From contig CM052818.1 in the NCBI GenBank assembly GCA_028534125.1, positions 27,034,001 to 27,098,000 on the forward strand: DNA of 64,000 nt, given 5' to 3'. Both the position numbers and the translations under genes were made by a program. Of the stretch, positions 1 to 12,984 are shown in pieces (within the stretch, counting starts at the first letter, position 1; each line of letters begins with the position of its first letter). The notes under the pieces were generated by a model. The model saw nothing but the letters and a program-made list of their open reading frames with translations. It did not search any database and had not been told where the DNA came from. The stretch comes from Lama glama (taxonomy: Eukaryota).

Positions 1-475
1 AAGAGAAGATTAAAGAGTTAAGAAGCTCTCATTGTCATGTTTATCTTTAGATGATAACCATGTTTATCAATAGAGAGCTCTATGTCTAGAAAGAGCTGAA
101 ATTTAAATTTGGGAATTATCTGCATGTAAGTAATGATAGAATTCTATATTAAAGTAACAAGAAATATCACAGAACATTGTAGAATGAGAAATGTCAGTTC
201 TAGGCTAAGCCCTAGGTAGCATCCATAGATAGCAGCAGGTAGAAAAGGAAGTTCTAATTCTTAGGTCTTCTAGATTTGTCAGTAGAGTATTACTCAGGGA
301 ATTCTCATTTCCTAACATTGCATTATGAACACAATTGGAGAATAAACGAACTAAAGACAAATTAAAGTCACATCATTTACTTTTTTAGTCTCTTAGGTGA
401 ATATTCAGTTCTCTTTTGTGTGAAGAAATAGTAGCTTTGACAAAGTTGTGGTGCTCTTTAATTTTTTCTTCTTAG

Positions 476-583
476 CAGCTAACTCTTCCTGCCAAATAAA
501 TAGAGTCATCAGTCATCCCACTCTTCCTATCAGCATCACTGCTCATGAAGACAGGCACATCAAATTCTATGATAACAATACAG
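476..583 (+). CDS. STRN: Striatin internal coding exon (WD40 region), phase 1-1
   Basis: Acceptor ttcttag at 474-475 and donor gtaaga at 584; 108 nt encoding (T)ANSSCQINRVISHPTLPISITAHEDRHIKFYDNNT(G), recognised as striatin C-terminal WD repeats. Confidence 0.96.
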
Positions 584-1689
584 GTAAGAATTTATTAAAA
601 TTGATTAATATTAAAGCAAAAAATAACCCACTATAGTTTGGTGTCTGTCAGTGCCTTTTTTAGTCGGAGAATAGGCATGGAAACATAGATGCTCTCCCAG
701 ATCAGCTTCTTTTTACTCCATATAATTCTAGTAAGAACTAGTCTTCACGATAGCACACAGAATCATCCTGATTTATTTAATAATAAGTAGGTACTATATT
801 CTGGCTCTAGAACGAAGATCATCACTAGGAACACAATGAAAAATTAATTCAAATACCAACAAAATCATCTCCTACCATGAATATATTGCAAAAAAGTAGA
901 AATATGTAGGAAGTCGAGGCATATATGATCATTATATTTTGTTAAAATTGTTCAATTGTTGAGGAGCCTTAGTATTGCAGATGGAAAACCCCTGAGTCAC
1001 TTGGTTTATTTTATTCATTTTCCATAGACTAACTTTTTCTGCATTTTTATATTATTTGATCCTAATTGATTTGAATTGCAGTATGGAAACTTTACCGATT
1101 TTTATTAGATTATATTTTACTATTAGTCTAAGGAAATACACGAAGAGCTAGTTGGGAGAAAAACTCTCTGTATTTGCAGCTACATTTACCTAAATATCTG
1201 CTATTGACTTTGTAAATATGTTGACTTTTGCTGACTTTGCTTAGCTGTGAGTGATGACTAATTTAATATTTTTAATCTCTTTCTATATACTGTTTCAACC
1301 AAAATTGTGGCCAGGTTTTCTCTCTGTTCCTTTGACTCTTCTTCTGTTCCCACAACCCATGTGATTTGCCTGTAGTCAAAGATGCAGAATAGGTGATTAA
1401 TAATGTCTGAGCTAATTAATGAACATGGCTTAAAGGAATACTTGTGTACAAATGACTAAGTACCATATTATGATTTGAAAGACAAAAATATAATCTGAAA
1501 TTTGAGCTTTTGTTTCCCATCATTGCCGAGGCTAGAGCGGGGAAGGAGACACGTGTTATCAGCAGTTGGAAAAGCAGTTGATGCAGAGACGACACAAAGA
1601 AGAGGGTAGCTCGAGAAACCAGTGGTAGCTGGCTTATATTCAGGGTGAGGAAAGCTGTTAACAAAGAGTAATAATCTCTTTTTTCAAAG

Positions 1690-1776
1690 GCAAGCTGATC
1701 CACTCGATGGTAGCCCACCTAGAAGCCGTTACAAGTTTAGCAGTTGACCCTAATGGCCTGTACTTGATGTCTGGCA
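1690..1776 (+). CDS. STRN: Striatin penultimate coding exon, phase 1-1
   Basis: Acceptor ctcttttttcaaag and donor gtaagt; 87 nt encoding (G)KLIHSMVAHLEAVTSLAVDPNGLYLMSG(S), in frame with both neighbours. Confidence 0.97.
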
Positions 1777-1862
1777 GTAAGTACAACTATGGATTATTTA
1801 TTTATACTTATCATTTTCATATTAATGTAATTTTTCTTTTAATTTCTTTTCTTTTGATATAG

Positions 1863-2032
1863 GTCATGACTGTTCAATACGTTTATGGAACCTAGAAAGT
1901 AAGACCTGTATCCAAGAGTTCACAGCTCATCGGAAAAAGTTTGAAGAATCAATTCATGATGTAGCTTTCCACCCATCCAAATGCTATATAGCCAGTGCTG
2001 GGGCTGATGCACTGGCTAAAGTCTTTGTATGA
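1863..2032 (+). CDS. STRN: Striatin terminal coding exon to TGA
   Basis: Acceptor ag at 1861-1862; encodes (S)HDCSIRLWNLESKTCIQEFTAHRKKFEESIHDVAFHPSKCYIASAGADALAKVFV*, with TGA at 2030-2032. Confidence 0.97.
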
Positions 2033-5000
2033 CACAATGCATCATCTTCACCTTCTAGCTCTTTATAAATAATCAACTGCACAAAAGAAATACAGAAGAC
2101 CAGGGCAAGAATCAACCCATCCAGCCCTTTTGTTCTGCTGAAGGAGCACAGAGAACATTTGTTAAAGTATAGTTTTGCAATTCATATACTGTTTTCTAAA
2201 ACTAAGGTTTGTTCAGGTTGCTGCAAGCTCAGCTGAATCTGTGAGCCTGAAAAACTTTAAAATTCTTCCCAAAATAGGAGCTTTTATTTCTGAAGTTGTT
2301 CTAATTCGCTAGGCAGGCCTGAGCGAAGAACATGGGTTTAGCTTGTCCTTAAATTGAGTAAATAGGGCACACTATAAGGGACGAACAAAAAGCTTGATGG
2401 CAGGGAGTGGGTAAAGGGAGAACAGAAATTTAGACCTAGTTCTTCCCTGAGAAATCTTGTTAAACACAGTAGGTAATCACAACAGTAATCTTTACCGTGT
2501 CTGCTGTACGAACCCCTATGTTCACAATGACCAGGCAGTGTTAAAATGAGTTTTTAGTTTCACCCTCCTCTCAACTGTTCACATAAAGCACCTGGCAAAA
2601 CATTTTACCTATTAAGGGGAAAAATGCAATAATATGTTAAATATATTATTATTCAGAAATGCTAAACAAATAATTTAGTTTGTAAGCAGATTTCTATATT
2701 ACATTTTTGAAAATAGATTTGGTACCATCTAAAGTTTAGCTGTCAAAAACACCATTATGAAGAGTAGTTGATAGAGTCTGCTTTTACTAAAGGATTTAAC
2801 TTATTCAGGGTTAAGATTCTGTTTATTTTTAAGGGCAAGCAGGGCACATCTTTATAATAATTTCTATTAATTTTAAAATTCACTTTATTCATGTGATATT
2901 TATAGTACCACAGAGATTATTTCATATCGATGAAATCTTACCTTTTGGTGGTTGAAAAGATGGAGGTTATTTACAAGTACTCGTTTATCAAAACGTACAA
3001 AACCATGCTTCAGATGATCTCTCCTTTTTCTTCATGTCTCAGATTCAAATCACCTGACACCTACCAAAAATAGTTCATAATTGTTATGTTTTAACAGTCC
3101 AAAGGGTATGGTTAACCTCAGGCAGCTTCTTCGGCAGAAGTACTAAATAAAGCAACTATTTTGTACCCCAGAAGTTTCCCTATTACTATCTCCAAGAAGA
3201 ACCTATTGGAAATCTGGGTGGAATAGTTTGGTGCCTAATATTGGCTAAGGAGTTCTCTTTTTGTTTCCCTCTCCCTACCCGACCTCCATTGTTTAACTGG
3301 AAAACACAGCATGTTTTAACAGGCAGAAAATCCATATTGTTTCTAGGAAAAACCATGTCTTAAAGGACCAGAGTTCCCTGTGACCCACGTATGGTCAGCT
3401 CTTGAGATTCCCATGACCCACTCTCTGGACCTGGTATATAGACTTCATCCCCACAGCAGTCTAGCCACTCCTCACACTCTCTTTCTTGTTTGCCCCAAAT
3501 GTCAGAGACCAATATAGAAATTAGAAATAAGTTACTAATGCCTAAATTTTCAGCAAGATATATTTTAATAGGCTCTCAGACTTTAAAAAAAAATCCATAT
3601 CCATAAATATTTTAACTTTTTAATACAATTCCTACATTCCTATGCCTACATATTCCATCATCAGAAGAAGAATATTCTGGTGATGGTGTAGATATTAATT
3701 GACAATTTTTCTTTAACATTTCTGCTTATCTGCCTCTAGAATTCTGCAATATACAGGGAGATTTTCTTTAAAGACCAGTGTTAAACTTGCCTGATTGATA
3801 TACAGATATGCTTTAATATTTTAACACAACTACCTTGTCACTTCATCTGTTCTGTGCTTTGGTTAACAGGGGGCTCAAGGGACTCCTTTGTATATTCAAA
3901 TGAATTGACTTGGGTGTGAGCTACCAGGCAAATATTTATATTCCCAAGTAGATATAGAATTCCACATTGTTTTTGGTGGATTCCTCTTTGAGTTCTTCGC
4001 AGAGTAAATAAACGATGTTGCTGACCTAATATTTGTAGAAGGATACTGGAAAATTCCAGTCGTGAGCCCTTAATTGGCATACTTATGATGGATGACTACA
4101 AGGTATTGTGCTACCAGTTACTGCTTTAATTACCTTCCAAGGTCTTCAGTGCCTGCTTTACTTACGTCACTGGAATTCTTAAAACCAAGACACTTTCTTC
4201 ACCTGCATTTTATGTCTCATGGTTGAAATTTTTCTGTTAGCGAATGGAAAATAACCATGAGATATGTAGACTGTAGTACAAATGATGGAACTGTTGAAAG
4301 TTCCTTAGAAAACCAGAGCTGTGCTCTTGGAGATTGTACCCAGAAACAGATTCTTCTCTGCTGGCACTGTATGATCTCAGCCTAGACACGAGCCAAAGCT
4401 GTCTTCCAGCCAGATAGAACCATATACACATGTCTGGTTTTTCCCTCAGCCTATCAAAAATTCAGTGCAAATTGACAAAATGAACAAATTCCAGTTGCAA
4501 ACCGTCACTGAAATGCTTTCATAGTGCTTGATTTGTAAATAATTTTGGATGAAATGTGTTGGAATAGTATGAAAATCAGCAGGAGGTGTGGGTCCCTGCC
4601 TTATTTTCATATGCTGTGGATACATCTCTGGGAGCTTGCAGCACCCTCTGGAAACTCAGCTATCACATGGAGCTCATTTGCTACACAAACCATAGCAGAT
4701 ATTTAACATAAGTGATATAATGACCTTCAGTATTTTTCTATTGAACAAGTTTAGCAATTTTTGCCATTAAACAGATAATTAGTTATGCAAAGTATTTAGC
4801 TTTTATAATCATTTTAGTTATGACTAAAAGGGGGGAAATTGAGCTGCATCACCGATAATGAACTTTGTGAGAAATTTTTCGTTTATCTGACTTTCATTCC
4901 TTCAGTATTGCTATAGATTTCTTTTTGAGATAATGATGAAGATTTATTTGAAAATGTCTAAAATGTATGTATATTTTATAAATATATATTATATATATTG

Positions 5001-5451
5001 TAGGGATATATATAATATATATAGACTATATATATATATATAAAACCATAGGTGCATTTTACTGTTGTATTTTCATTTTTGGAGGTGGTGTACACAGCAG
5101 GTAATGATGAGTATGATGAGTGTTGTGCTATTTGCTTTTGCAGTATAATATATAGTTCTAAATGTTTAAATTACTGTATATACTATATTCATTATAGGCT
5201 AGCATGCTTGTTTTAAAGACTGTCATTCTAGTTTATTAAAATCTGAATGTAAGAAAACCTGGCTATTCAAATGTGAATTGAAAAATATTCCATTCTCAGT
5301 ACTGAACTATTTCCATTGAACATTCAGGATTTTTGACAAAACAGATATCATCAAGAAGGCAATAGCTAGAGAATGAGAGGTGCCTTTCAAAAAAATACAG
5401 ATGCAGCCTTACAGTGAGGATGAGGATTTAAGTTTTTTGCGGGGAAGGGGT

Positions 5452-5481
5452 GAGAGAGAGAGAGAGAGAGAGTGTGAGTGA

Positions 5482-5515
<34 letters not shown>
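5452..5515 (+). repeat. Compound microsatellite (GA)n-(GAGT)n-(GT)n
   Basis: Directly visible in the STRN 3' UTR. Confidence 0.95.
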
Positions 5516-5519
<4 letters not shown>

Positions 5520-7553
5520 CAATCTGTGAAGGTCCTGATTTGTGACCATCAATGTCTTTTTAATATATCTGTTCAACTTTTAGGACTTCAGGGGACATTT
5601 CATGCGCTATCTTTGTGCTTTTCTGAGCACCATATGTACTTTCCAAGAATTTTGAATGTGAATTCCTAGAAATTTCAGTGGAGAAGAAAATAACTATTCT
5701 TTCATTATAAGTCAAGTTCAGATAAAAGGAGAAATTGATTCACCAAAATTATGGGATCTCATTAATGTTGGCTGAGTAAATGTTAATTTTAAAAGGCTCA
5801 CTTTTTTAGCATTTCATATATTTCCCCCTTACACAAGAGCAAATAATGAAATTCTTATCTGATCAAGATTCAACTAGTAAAAATTATTTTTAGATTAAAC
5901 ACCTGAATTAGTTAAAATTCCACCTAAGAATAGTGTTTAAATGGCATCTTTCATATCTACCTCTTTGTTATTGCTGCCATTGTGACTCGAGCAGATCTTT
6001 ATGACATCTAAAACAATGGTTGGATGCAATTTAAAAATCTGTGTTGGTGCTTTTCTTAGGCTTTGTCATTTCAGTTATACTGAACAAAGATGTCACAAAT
6101 CAGATTGAAAGACTTAGAATTAATTTTGATTTTCTTTTGAAAGAACTGCTTAAAATTTATCATCAGTGTTGATAATAAGTGGAGATAATCTCTGGTTAGC
6201 CTATGTCTGTGTGATATTTTCAACCCAGAGCCAAACTGTTATTGATTTACATGGGAAAAGAGCTCTAAGTATAATTCAGCTTACCTTATTCTTTGAAAAT
6301 ATTTCGAGGCTATTAAGTACCTAATCTTTAATTTTATTTACTCAGAAAATGCCTTCGTTACTGTGTTACTTGTTTAGTTATTTATAAAATTGCAGTATTT
6401 TGTTTAACACTGGGATTTAGTTTGTACAAAAGTAGTAGCTGACAGAAACTGTATGTATATTTTTCTGAAATGTATCAATTCCTTAAGTTCATTATAGAGG
6501 AAGGTCCAGTAAACTAATGTATCCGTCTTTAAAAACAAATGACAGGCTAGGTCATTGGTAAATGATTCGAATCATTTTACTTTTGCCACTGAAAGCTTTT
6601 TAATTGACCATATCCATCATCTAACTGGATCTCAGTGTCATTGTAAGGGACACCAGGTTCACAAGGTATTAAACAGATTGCATCTTTTTTTTTTTTCCAG
6701 TCCAAAAAAAGGGGCAAATATAAAGCCAAACAGCGATCCTTAGATCCTACTTATTTATTCTGGCAGTATTCCTAAAGTGGTGCTTAAGGGTCAGAATTTT
6801 TTGAATCTTTGCTAATCAAGCTTTAGATTTGATTTAACTGGGACCACATGCTTGTCATCCCCCAGATGCAAATTAGAAAGTTCATTTTAATTTAGATTAA
6901 CTCTAATGTCTGCCTGAGTTTTTAACAGGCTATGAACCAGTGAGTGCCTTGTTAATGTAGAATGATTTTTCCCTGGTTGTGTTAGCTTCTTTCTGAAAAT
7001 GTCTCAAAGAATGGTGTTTTAGTTGACTTGTAGGGAGCTGCTAAAGTTGGTATTATCAGCAATCAGAAAGTCTTCAGTCTACCACATACCACCCTCCCTA
7101 CTTTCTTCTCATTGTTTGGCTGAAGCTTGCCTCTTGTGAGAAACAATACAACCCCCTTCTCCACATAGTTTTTTTCCAATCCAGATTAAGAGGTATCCCG
7201 TAGCCCTGTCCCAACTATATGATCTAATACCTGTTTTTAGGAGAAACTACTTCTTTGTAATCCTGTAATCTACTGGCTATGTCTTCTCAACTTCAGTTTA
7301 CTAGCGCTGACCTCAGGGCATCATCATCAGTTCAGACTCCTGAATAACTCCTTTCTCCACACCCTTCCAGCTGGTGAGCCCTGGGCCAGACTGTTTGATA
7401 TTCAGGTATTTTAAATTTTAGGTATAATATCAATTAATGTAAATTAACCCAAATGCTAATTTTTGTGGTGCAAGAAGTTTCTTTTGTAAATTCAGGGTAT
7501 GGATAAGCTAAGATATCCTTTTTTGGTGGCTCTAAGTGTATTATTTGTTTTTA

Positions 7554-7559
7554 AATAAA
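7554..7559 (+). terminator. Candidate STRN poly(A) signal
   Basis: AATAAA preceded by TGTA and a U-rich stretch (tgtattatttgttttt), with GT-rich sequence downstream. Confidence 0.6.
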
Positions 7560-8226
7560 GTGTACAACTATAGATAATGTGCTATAGGTGTCTCATGAAT
7601 TGAAATATTTGTCAGATTTGGAATCCAGTGGAATTGCAGTTAAGATACTTTAATACAACCTGATTTTGTTTTGGGGGAGGTAATAGAGGGGTACAGGGAA
7701 ATAAAAGTGTGTTAGACAAAGTAGATGTAAATCCAAAGTAATGAACCAACCTTAATTATTGATTGTGAGGAATATGGAGAAGTTTATCATTATATAGAGT
7801 TTGGACTTTTGGAAAGCCAGTAAAATTAAAATACCCCATATGATTGGATCATGATACTTTCAGGGACACATGTATATTTTTTCTCATGTTCAGTTACATA
7901 ATTAAAAAATTATATACACACATACATATATAAATTTAATGTGCTTTTATTTTTTCTTTGTTTGACTACTTAACAGGCAAGCATAAGCCTTCTACCCCTT
8001 GCTCCTTCAAATCAACATTACTTTTCAAGGGCTTCCGCTGCCCAGAACTCAAAGTCTCTTTGTTCCAATCTGGAGCCACAGTGCTATGTGGAATCTAAAA
8101 GGTACCTCTTCTGGTGTCCTTGAAACTGTCCACTGTGATGTTTCGTATGCTACAGTAGTAATGAATGTTCTATTTTTTCGCATGTACACATTTTTCAGTA
8201 GTGTCAAAAATGCTCCTTTTGTCCCT

Positions 8227-8266
8227 TGTAATGAGAACTGAGACATGTAATGAGAACTGAGACATG
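8227..8266 (+). repeat. Perfect 19-bp tandem duplication
   Basis: tgtaatgagaactgagaca twice, plus tg. Confidence 0.95.
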
Positions 8267-10316
8267 ATTTGCTGGAGTTATTTTAGAGTAATCTAGCTCA
8301 GAAGGTCAAGAAGAGTCTAAAAGTTTTTCATGGATTGATGGTCAGCCCGGGTTCAGAATGGTATTCTAACCTGCATTGGGTTTCCAGGAGCACCACTGAA
8401 GTTTTGAGGGGTCCAAGAGTTGTCCTGGCACTTAGACTGTTCCCCAGAAACACCTGGAAATCTGGCAGCGCCCTTTATCTCAAACACTATAACCGTAATG
8501 TGTCCCTCCACTTGTTAGTTCTCAGTTACACCTGTCCTTACAGTGATGGGTCGCTCCAGTTCTGTGGAGAAGCACTGATATGCAACTTTCCATATTTTCT
8601 GAAACACAAATTTTAATTTGGTATATTTTGTATACTTTCAAAACCAAATTGAAAATGACTCATTTTAAGTCTCACTTCCATCTTAAGCCCTTTCCTATTC
8701 CTAGTTGTTACTAGATGAAAGGTACTGGGCAGACTTGAAGAAGGATCTGACTGTTTGGGTGAATAAAATCTGTAGTGTCCTGCCAATAGGAAGGGTCTGT
8801 TTCATTGAAAATTCTCTTGTCCTTGGTTATTTAGCCATTCATCTTACACGAGGACTGATCCAGATGCTAACTTGATGTTAACTTTTCCTGTGTGCCTCTT
8901 TAAAGAGATAATTAATCCAGTGATGTAATGGAGAACTTACCGTAAAACAATCTGTTAAATAGCACCTGGAGTAATAAATAGAGTTGGTATTATTCATTCA
9001 TGTGCCAAAGTTTTTCATGCTCTCATAAGATCCGCGGTGTGTATCAGGTTCCCAATCTATAACCTCAAACCAAAGATATTTTTGAATTACCTCATATAAT
9101 AACATCATCAAATTAAGGGTAATGGTAGGGAAACCCATCATTCATAATGAGCATTCTTAAACTGAACTTTCTTTGATTAAAAAGAAAAAACTGCGTGCAT
9201 GGTAAGCAAAATTTTATGTTTAAGCATGAGTTGTACTATTAAGCAGCTTGTGATTTATATAAAATGTTTTGAAATGTGAATGTATAGTGAAATCCAGCTA
9301 CTCTTTCCTTGTGGAAGTTGGACCAAAGAAGTTTCATAAATAAATAAGATTAACTTACCTTAGAGCAAAGGAAATCCATCAGAAACAGTTTGAGTTCTGG
9401 ATGACTTGGTGAGGGTGTAGGGAAAAATAAACACACTAAGGAGAAAGCAGCTGAAAACTGACCTGGGCCCACTGCCCACTGTCTTTCTTTCTCTTGAAAA
9501 GGCCTAGAAAGACGATCTCTGAGATCCTTTTGACCTCTAAAAGTGAATGGTTCAAATTCTGACTCATTAGTCATTGATCCCTGTTACCTAAATTAAAGAT
9601 TTTTAGGAAATACATCCAAAGTATCCTAGAGTTCCCTGGTTAAAGTGTCAGACAACATAGCTTTTTCTGTATTGCAGGAAGCTACATTAACCGGCCCAGG
9701 CATGTTGTGTCATCTGCACGTATCAGAATGAAGACCAGACATGTACGAAATGTCTTAATGTGGCCAAGGGTAATCTCATGAAGAGAGAATCATTTTTTAG
9801 GATGAGTTCTGTTTTGAATGATTTTGATGATACTTTTAGAAGCATTTAAAAAATATTCGTATCATTTTCTGCAGACTTTGAGCCTGCATGCTTCAGAATA
9901 TCCAATTGATGGAGTTATTTCACTCAGTATGTATTTTTAAAAAGGAGAACTCACTGGTCTCACATGTCTTTTGGCAGTCACTTATGGATAACACCCCTGA
10001 CCCTCACCCCCCACCAATACTCAGGTGTCATGTAGGAATTCTTTCCTATGTAGTAACTGTCTTCAATATTTTGCTGACTAGAAGAGCAGTGTTTTTACAC
10101 AAAGCTTACAAGTAAACCATGGAGCCTTGTGCATTTGATACATGTTAAAATGAATGGAACATTAAGATAGAGCATATATACCACATAAATGTTAACAGTG
10201 TCCCTTCAGAGCTAACAAGGTCAGATTCTGCCAGTTGCCATTCATAGATTTTGGAAGGATGCGGATCAGCCAAAAGTAGCATTTAACAGTCAGTTCATTT
10301 AAGTGGAAACTTTTTC

Positions 10317-10322
10317 AATAAA
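10317..10322 (+). terminator. Candidate distal STRN poly(A) signal
   Basis: AATAAA followed by ttgtacctgttcagtttccttccttgt; transposon-rich sequence starts just after it. Confidence 0.5.
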
Positions 10323-10426
10323 ATTGTACCTGTTCAGTTTCCTTCCTTGTTCAGGGTCAAAAGAAATGAGGCTTTCTCCCACTTCTAAAACATTCAGACT
10401 TTCTTTTCTTTCTTTGGTCAGCTTTT

Positions 10427-10632
10427 TTTTTTTTTAATTGAAGTATAGTTGATTTACAATGTTTTGTTAGCTTCTGGTATACAGCATAGTGATTCAGTTA
10501 TACATATATATGTTCTTTTTCACTATAGGTTGTTATAAGTTATTGAATATAGTTCCTTTAGGACCTTGTTGTTTATTCTGTATATAGCAGTTTGTATCTT
10601 CTAATCCCAAACTCCCAATTTATCCCTCCCCC
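10427..10632 (-). mobile_element. 5'-truncated L1 3' end with 12-bp target-site duplication (TSD)
   Basis: Poly(T) then aattgaagtatagttgatttacaat (artiodactyl L1 3' end, antisense); tggtcagctttt at both 10415-10426 and 10633-10644, followed by aaaa. Confidence 0.9.
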
Positions 10633-11129
10633 TGGTCAGCTTTTAAAAACAAGCGAGACAATAAGCTCCTTTCTCATTGCTATAGGATACTTAGGAATAT
10701 ATATCTAATGGTTATAATTAAAAAAAATAAACCTTGCAAGCAGATTTTTTTCTCTTTATAAACTTCATTGCTTTCTGAAGGCAGAAATGCTTTTACTTTT
10801 GAACTTGAAGGTTGTAGGTTTAGGCAGTTTTGTGCCCTCGATGTTGCAAGTTATATACAGCTTACCTCTAGATAAACACGTTATACTTTGTGTGGTTTTT
10901 AGAAATTATTTTGGGAGTACAGAGACTGGCAAGGAATATATGGTAAGTTTAATATTATCTTTCAAAATCTTGTGGGTTTTTTTTTCAGGTATGGGGAGTA
11001 GGTAGAGATTAGTTTTATTCTGAATGCCTTGATTCTGACCCCATCCCCAACTCAGGTTTTACATATTAGATATTGCTCACTTGTCACCTGAAAAAATAAG
11101 AGTTAATGGTTGTTTGTTTGCTTCTGTCT

Positions 11130-11245
11130 CTATAAGCTCCTTGAATCAGGGACTGTTTGTTTTTCTTATATTCCCTTTAACACCTCTCCTGGTGCCTTAC
11201 CTACCACATAGAAAGTACTTGATAAATATTTACAAGTTGAGTAAT
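11130..11245 (+). mobile_element. L2 3' end fragment
   Basis: ataagctccttgaatcagggactgt...catagaaagtacttgataaatatttac resembles the L2 terminus. Confidence 0.6.
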
Positions 11246-12134
11246 CAGAGAACACATTTTAAAACTCTAAATCTATCCAGATCAAAGACAAAGGGGGAAA
11301 AAAATATCCCTGCCAGTCCTTACGTGATCTCAACTGTATTCAGATCTGTGGAGCTGATTCTAAGAGTAGAGGTCTGCCTCCTACTCAGGAATTTGGACCT
11401 CATCTGGAAGGTGGCAACAGAATGCACAAGGCAGCACCCTCTTTGCTATGCATCCCAAGTTTGCCTGCTTTGGAACTGAGCAAAACGTAGGGGAGTAGGA
11501 GATGTCTCTAAGCCCTGTTGTGGTGTCCCTTCTGTCCCCCTGACCTCCCCAACACCAACCTGCTGGCCTCTAATTCCTTGACAGGGAACTCTTCAGCCTG
11601 GAATCTAACCCTGCTTTGACCATCTTGGGCCCAGACCAGGTCCACCACTCTTTCTCCTTGTGACCCTCTGATGATCCTGTTCTTCCAGCCTGGCTTTTTT
11701 TCCTCCAAAGGGGTAGGAAGCGTCTCTCAGTAGAAGCTTGTCAAGAAAGGCATTCTTCTAGGGAGCCTGAGTCTGGGACTAAATCCCTCCGGCTGTTCTT
11801 AGGGCTGCTTTTCGCCCTGAAGATTTGATGGTAATTGTTTATTAACTCTCCTAGGAACAGTTCTGTGTTGTCTTGGTTTGTTGCTACCATTCCAGCAGAG
11901 CCTAGGACACTTGAGGCCTTGAGCTGAACAGCTTCATTGTTTCAGGAATAAAATAGTCAGCTAGAGACAGAGTATTTGTATTTCACCATCAAATGACTTG
12001 AAATCATTAGTAGAGGCATCAACAGAGTAGTGACTATGAAATACTCAACTAATCTCAAAATAATATTAAACCTATATATTATATAAGAACTATTAACTAA
12101 TTTTTTAATTATTAAAATATGATTCCTTTAAGCT

Positions 12135-12320
12135 CAGTATAGCACAGAGGAAAGAACAGGATTTTGTCCTGGACGCAGGACATTTATTATCTTTGAGACT
12201 TTGGATAAGCTAATCTGAGTTGGTTTCTATTCTATGAAATGGGTATTGTAGATCTGCCTATGTACACAAAACACTTGATAAAATGTCAGGCAGTAATAAG
12301 CATCCAAGAAATAACTGTTT
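12135..12320 (+). mobile_element. MIR SINE fragment
   Basis: cagtatagcacagaggaaagaacagg...gactttggataag...tctatgaaatggg, the MIR core pattern. Confidence 0.6.
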
Positions 12321-12454
12321 TTCACTCCCGAATTCAGTCTTCTTATCATGTAATTCTGTCACACTCCTGATAACTTCTGGAATACCAGGCTTTTAGGAGA
12401 AATAAGGTTAGAATGAACATCAGGAGGAGCCCTAATGAAGTTATACATAAATTA

Positions 12455-12640
12455 TTTCTTTCCTCAATAATTGAGTGTTGTGTACCAGACAGCTCTAAGT
12501 GCTGGTGTTCAGCAGTGAACAGACAAAATCCTTTACCTGATGCAGCTGATGTTGCAGTTGGGGGAAACAAACAACAAATAGTATGAATAAAATACATAGA
12601 ATACTACTGGTGATAAATACTGAGGGAAAAGGAAGGGAGA
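12455..12640 (-). mobile_element. L2 fragment
   Basis: ttgagtg...tgtaccagac...ctaagtgctgg...cagcagtgaacagacaaaatc, the antisense L2 3' pattern. Confidence 0.65.
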
Positions 12641-12984
12641 TGATTTGATATTGCTTGGATTTAAAGAGTGAAACAAATTAAATTAATAGTACTACAAATT
12701 AATACAGTCAATTAAAAGAACATAAAAGAGCAACAAATAATAGAGGTGCATAATGGCAAAATTAATCTCATCCCACCATACCATTTTACTCCCACCTCCC
12801 TTGTAGCAGCCTGACATACATGTCTTTATTCTTGTTCACACAAGTATGTATACACAAATATTACATACAGGGTTTTGTCTTATCCTACAATTACTCTGCT
12901 ACTTCTAAAATATAATATGTATTGTGAGTACCTTACAAGTCTTTACAGATACACATCTCTTAAATTTCTTAATGTATACACACA

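Larger units (their letters stand above)
2033..10345 (+). other. STRN: Long STRN 3' UTR (distal end uncertain)
   Basis: AT-rich and nearly free of recognisable transposons from the stop to about 10.4 kb; AATAAA at 3146, 7554 and 10317, among others; STRN is known to have a multi-kb 3' UTR. Confidence 0.6.
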
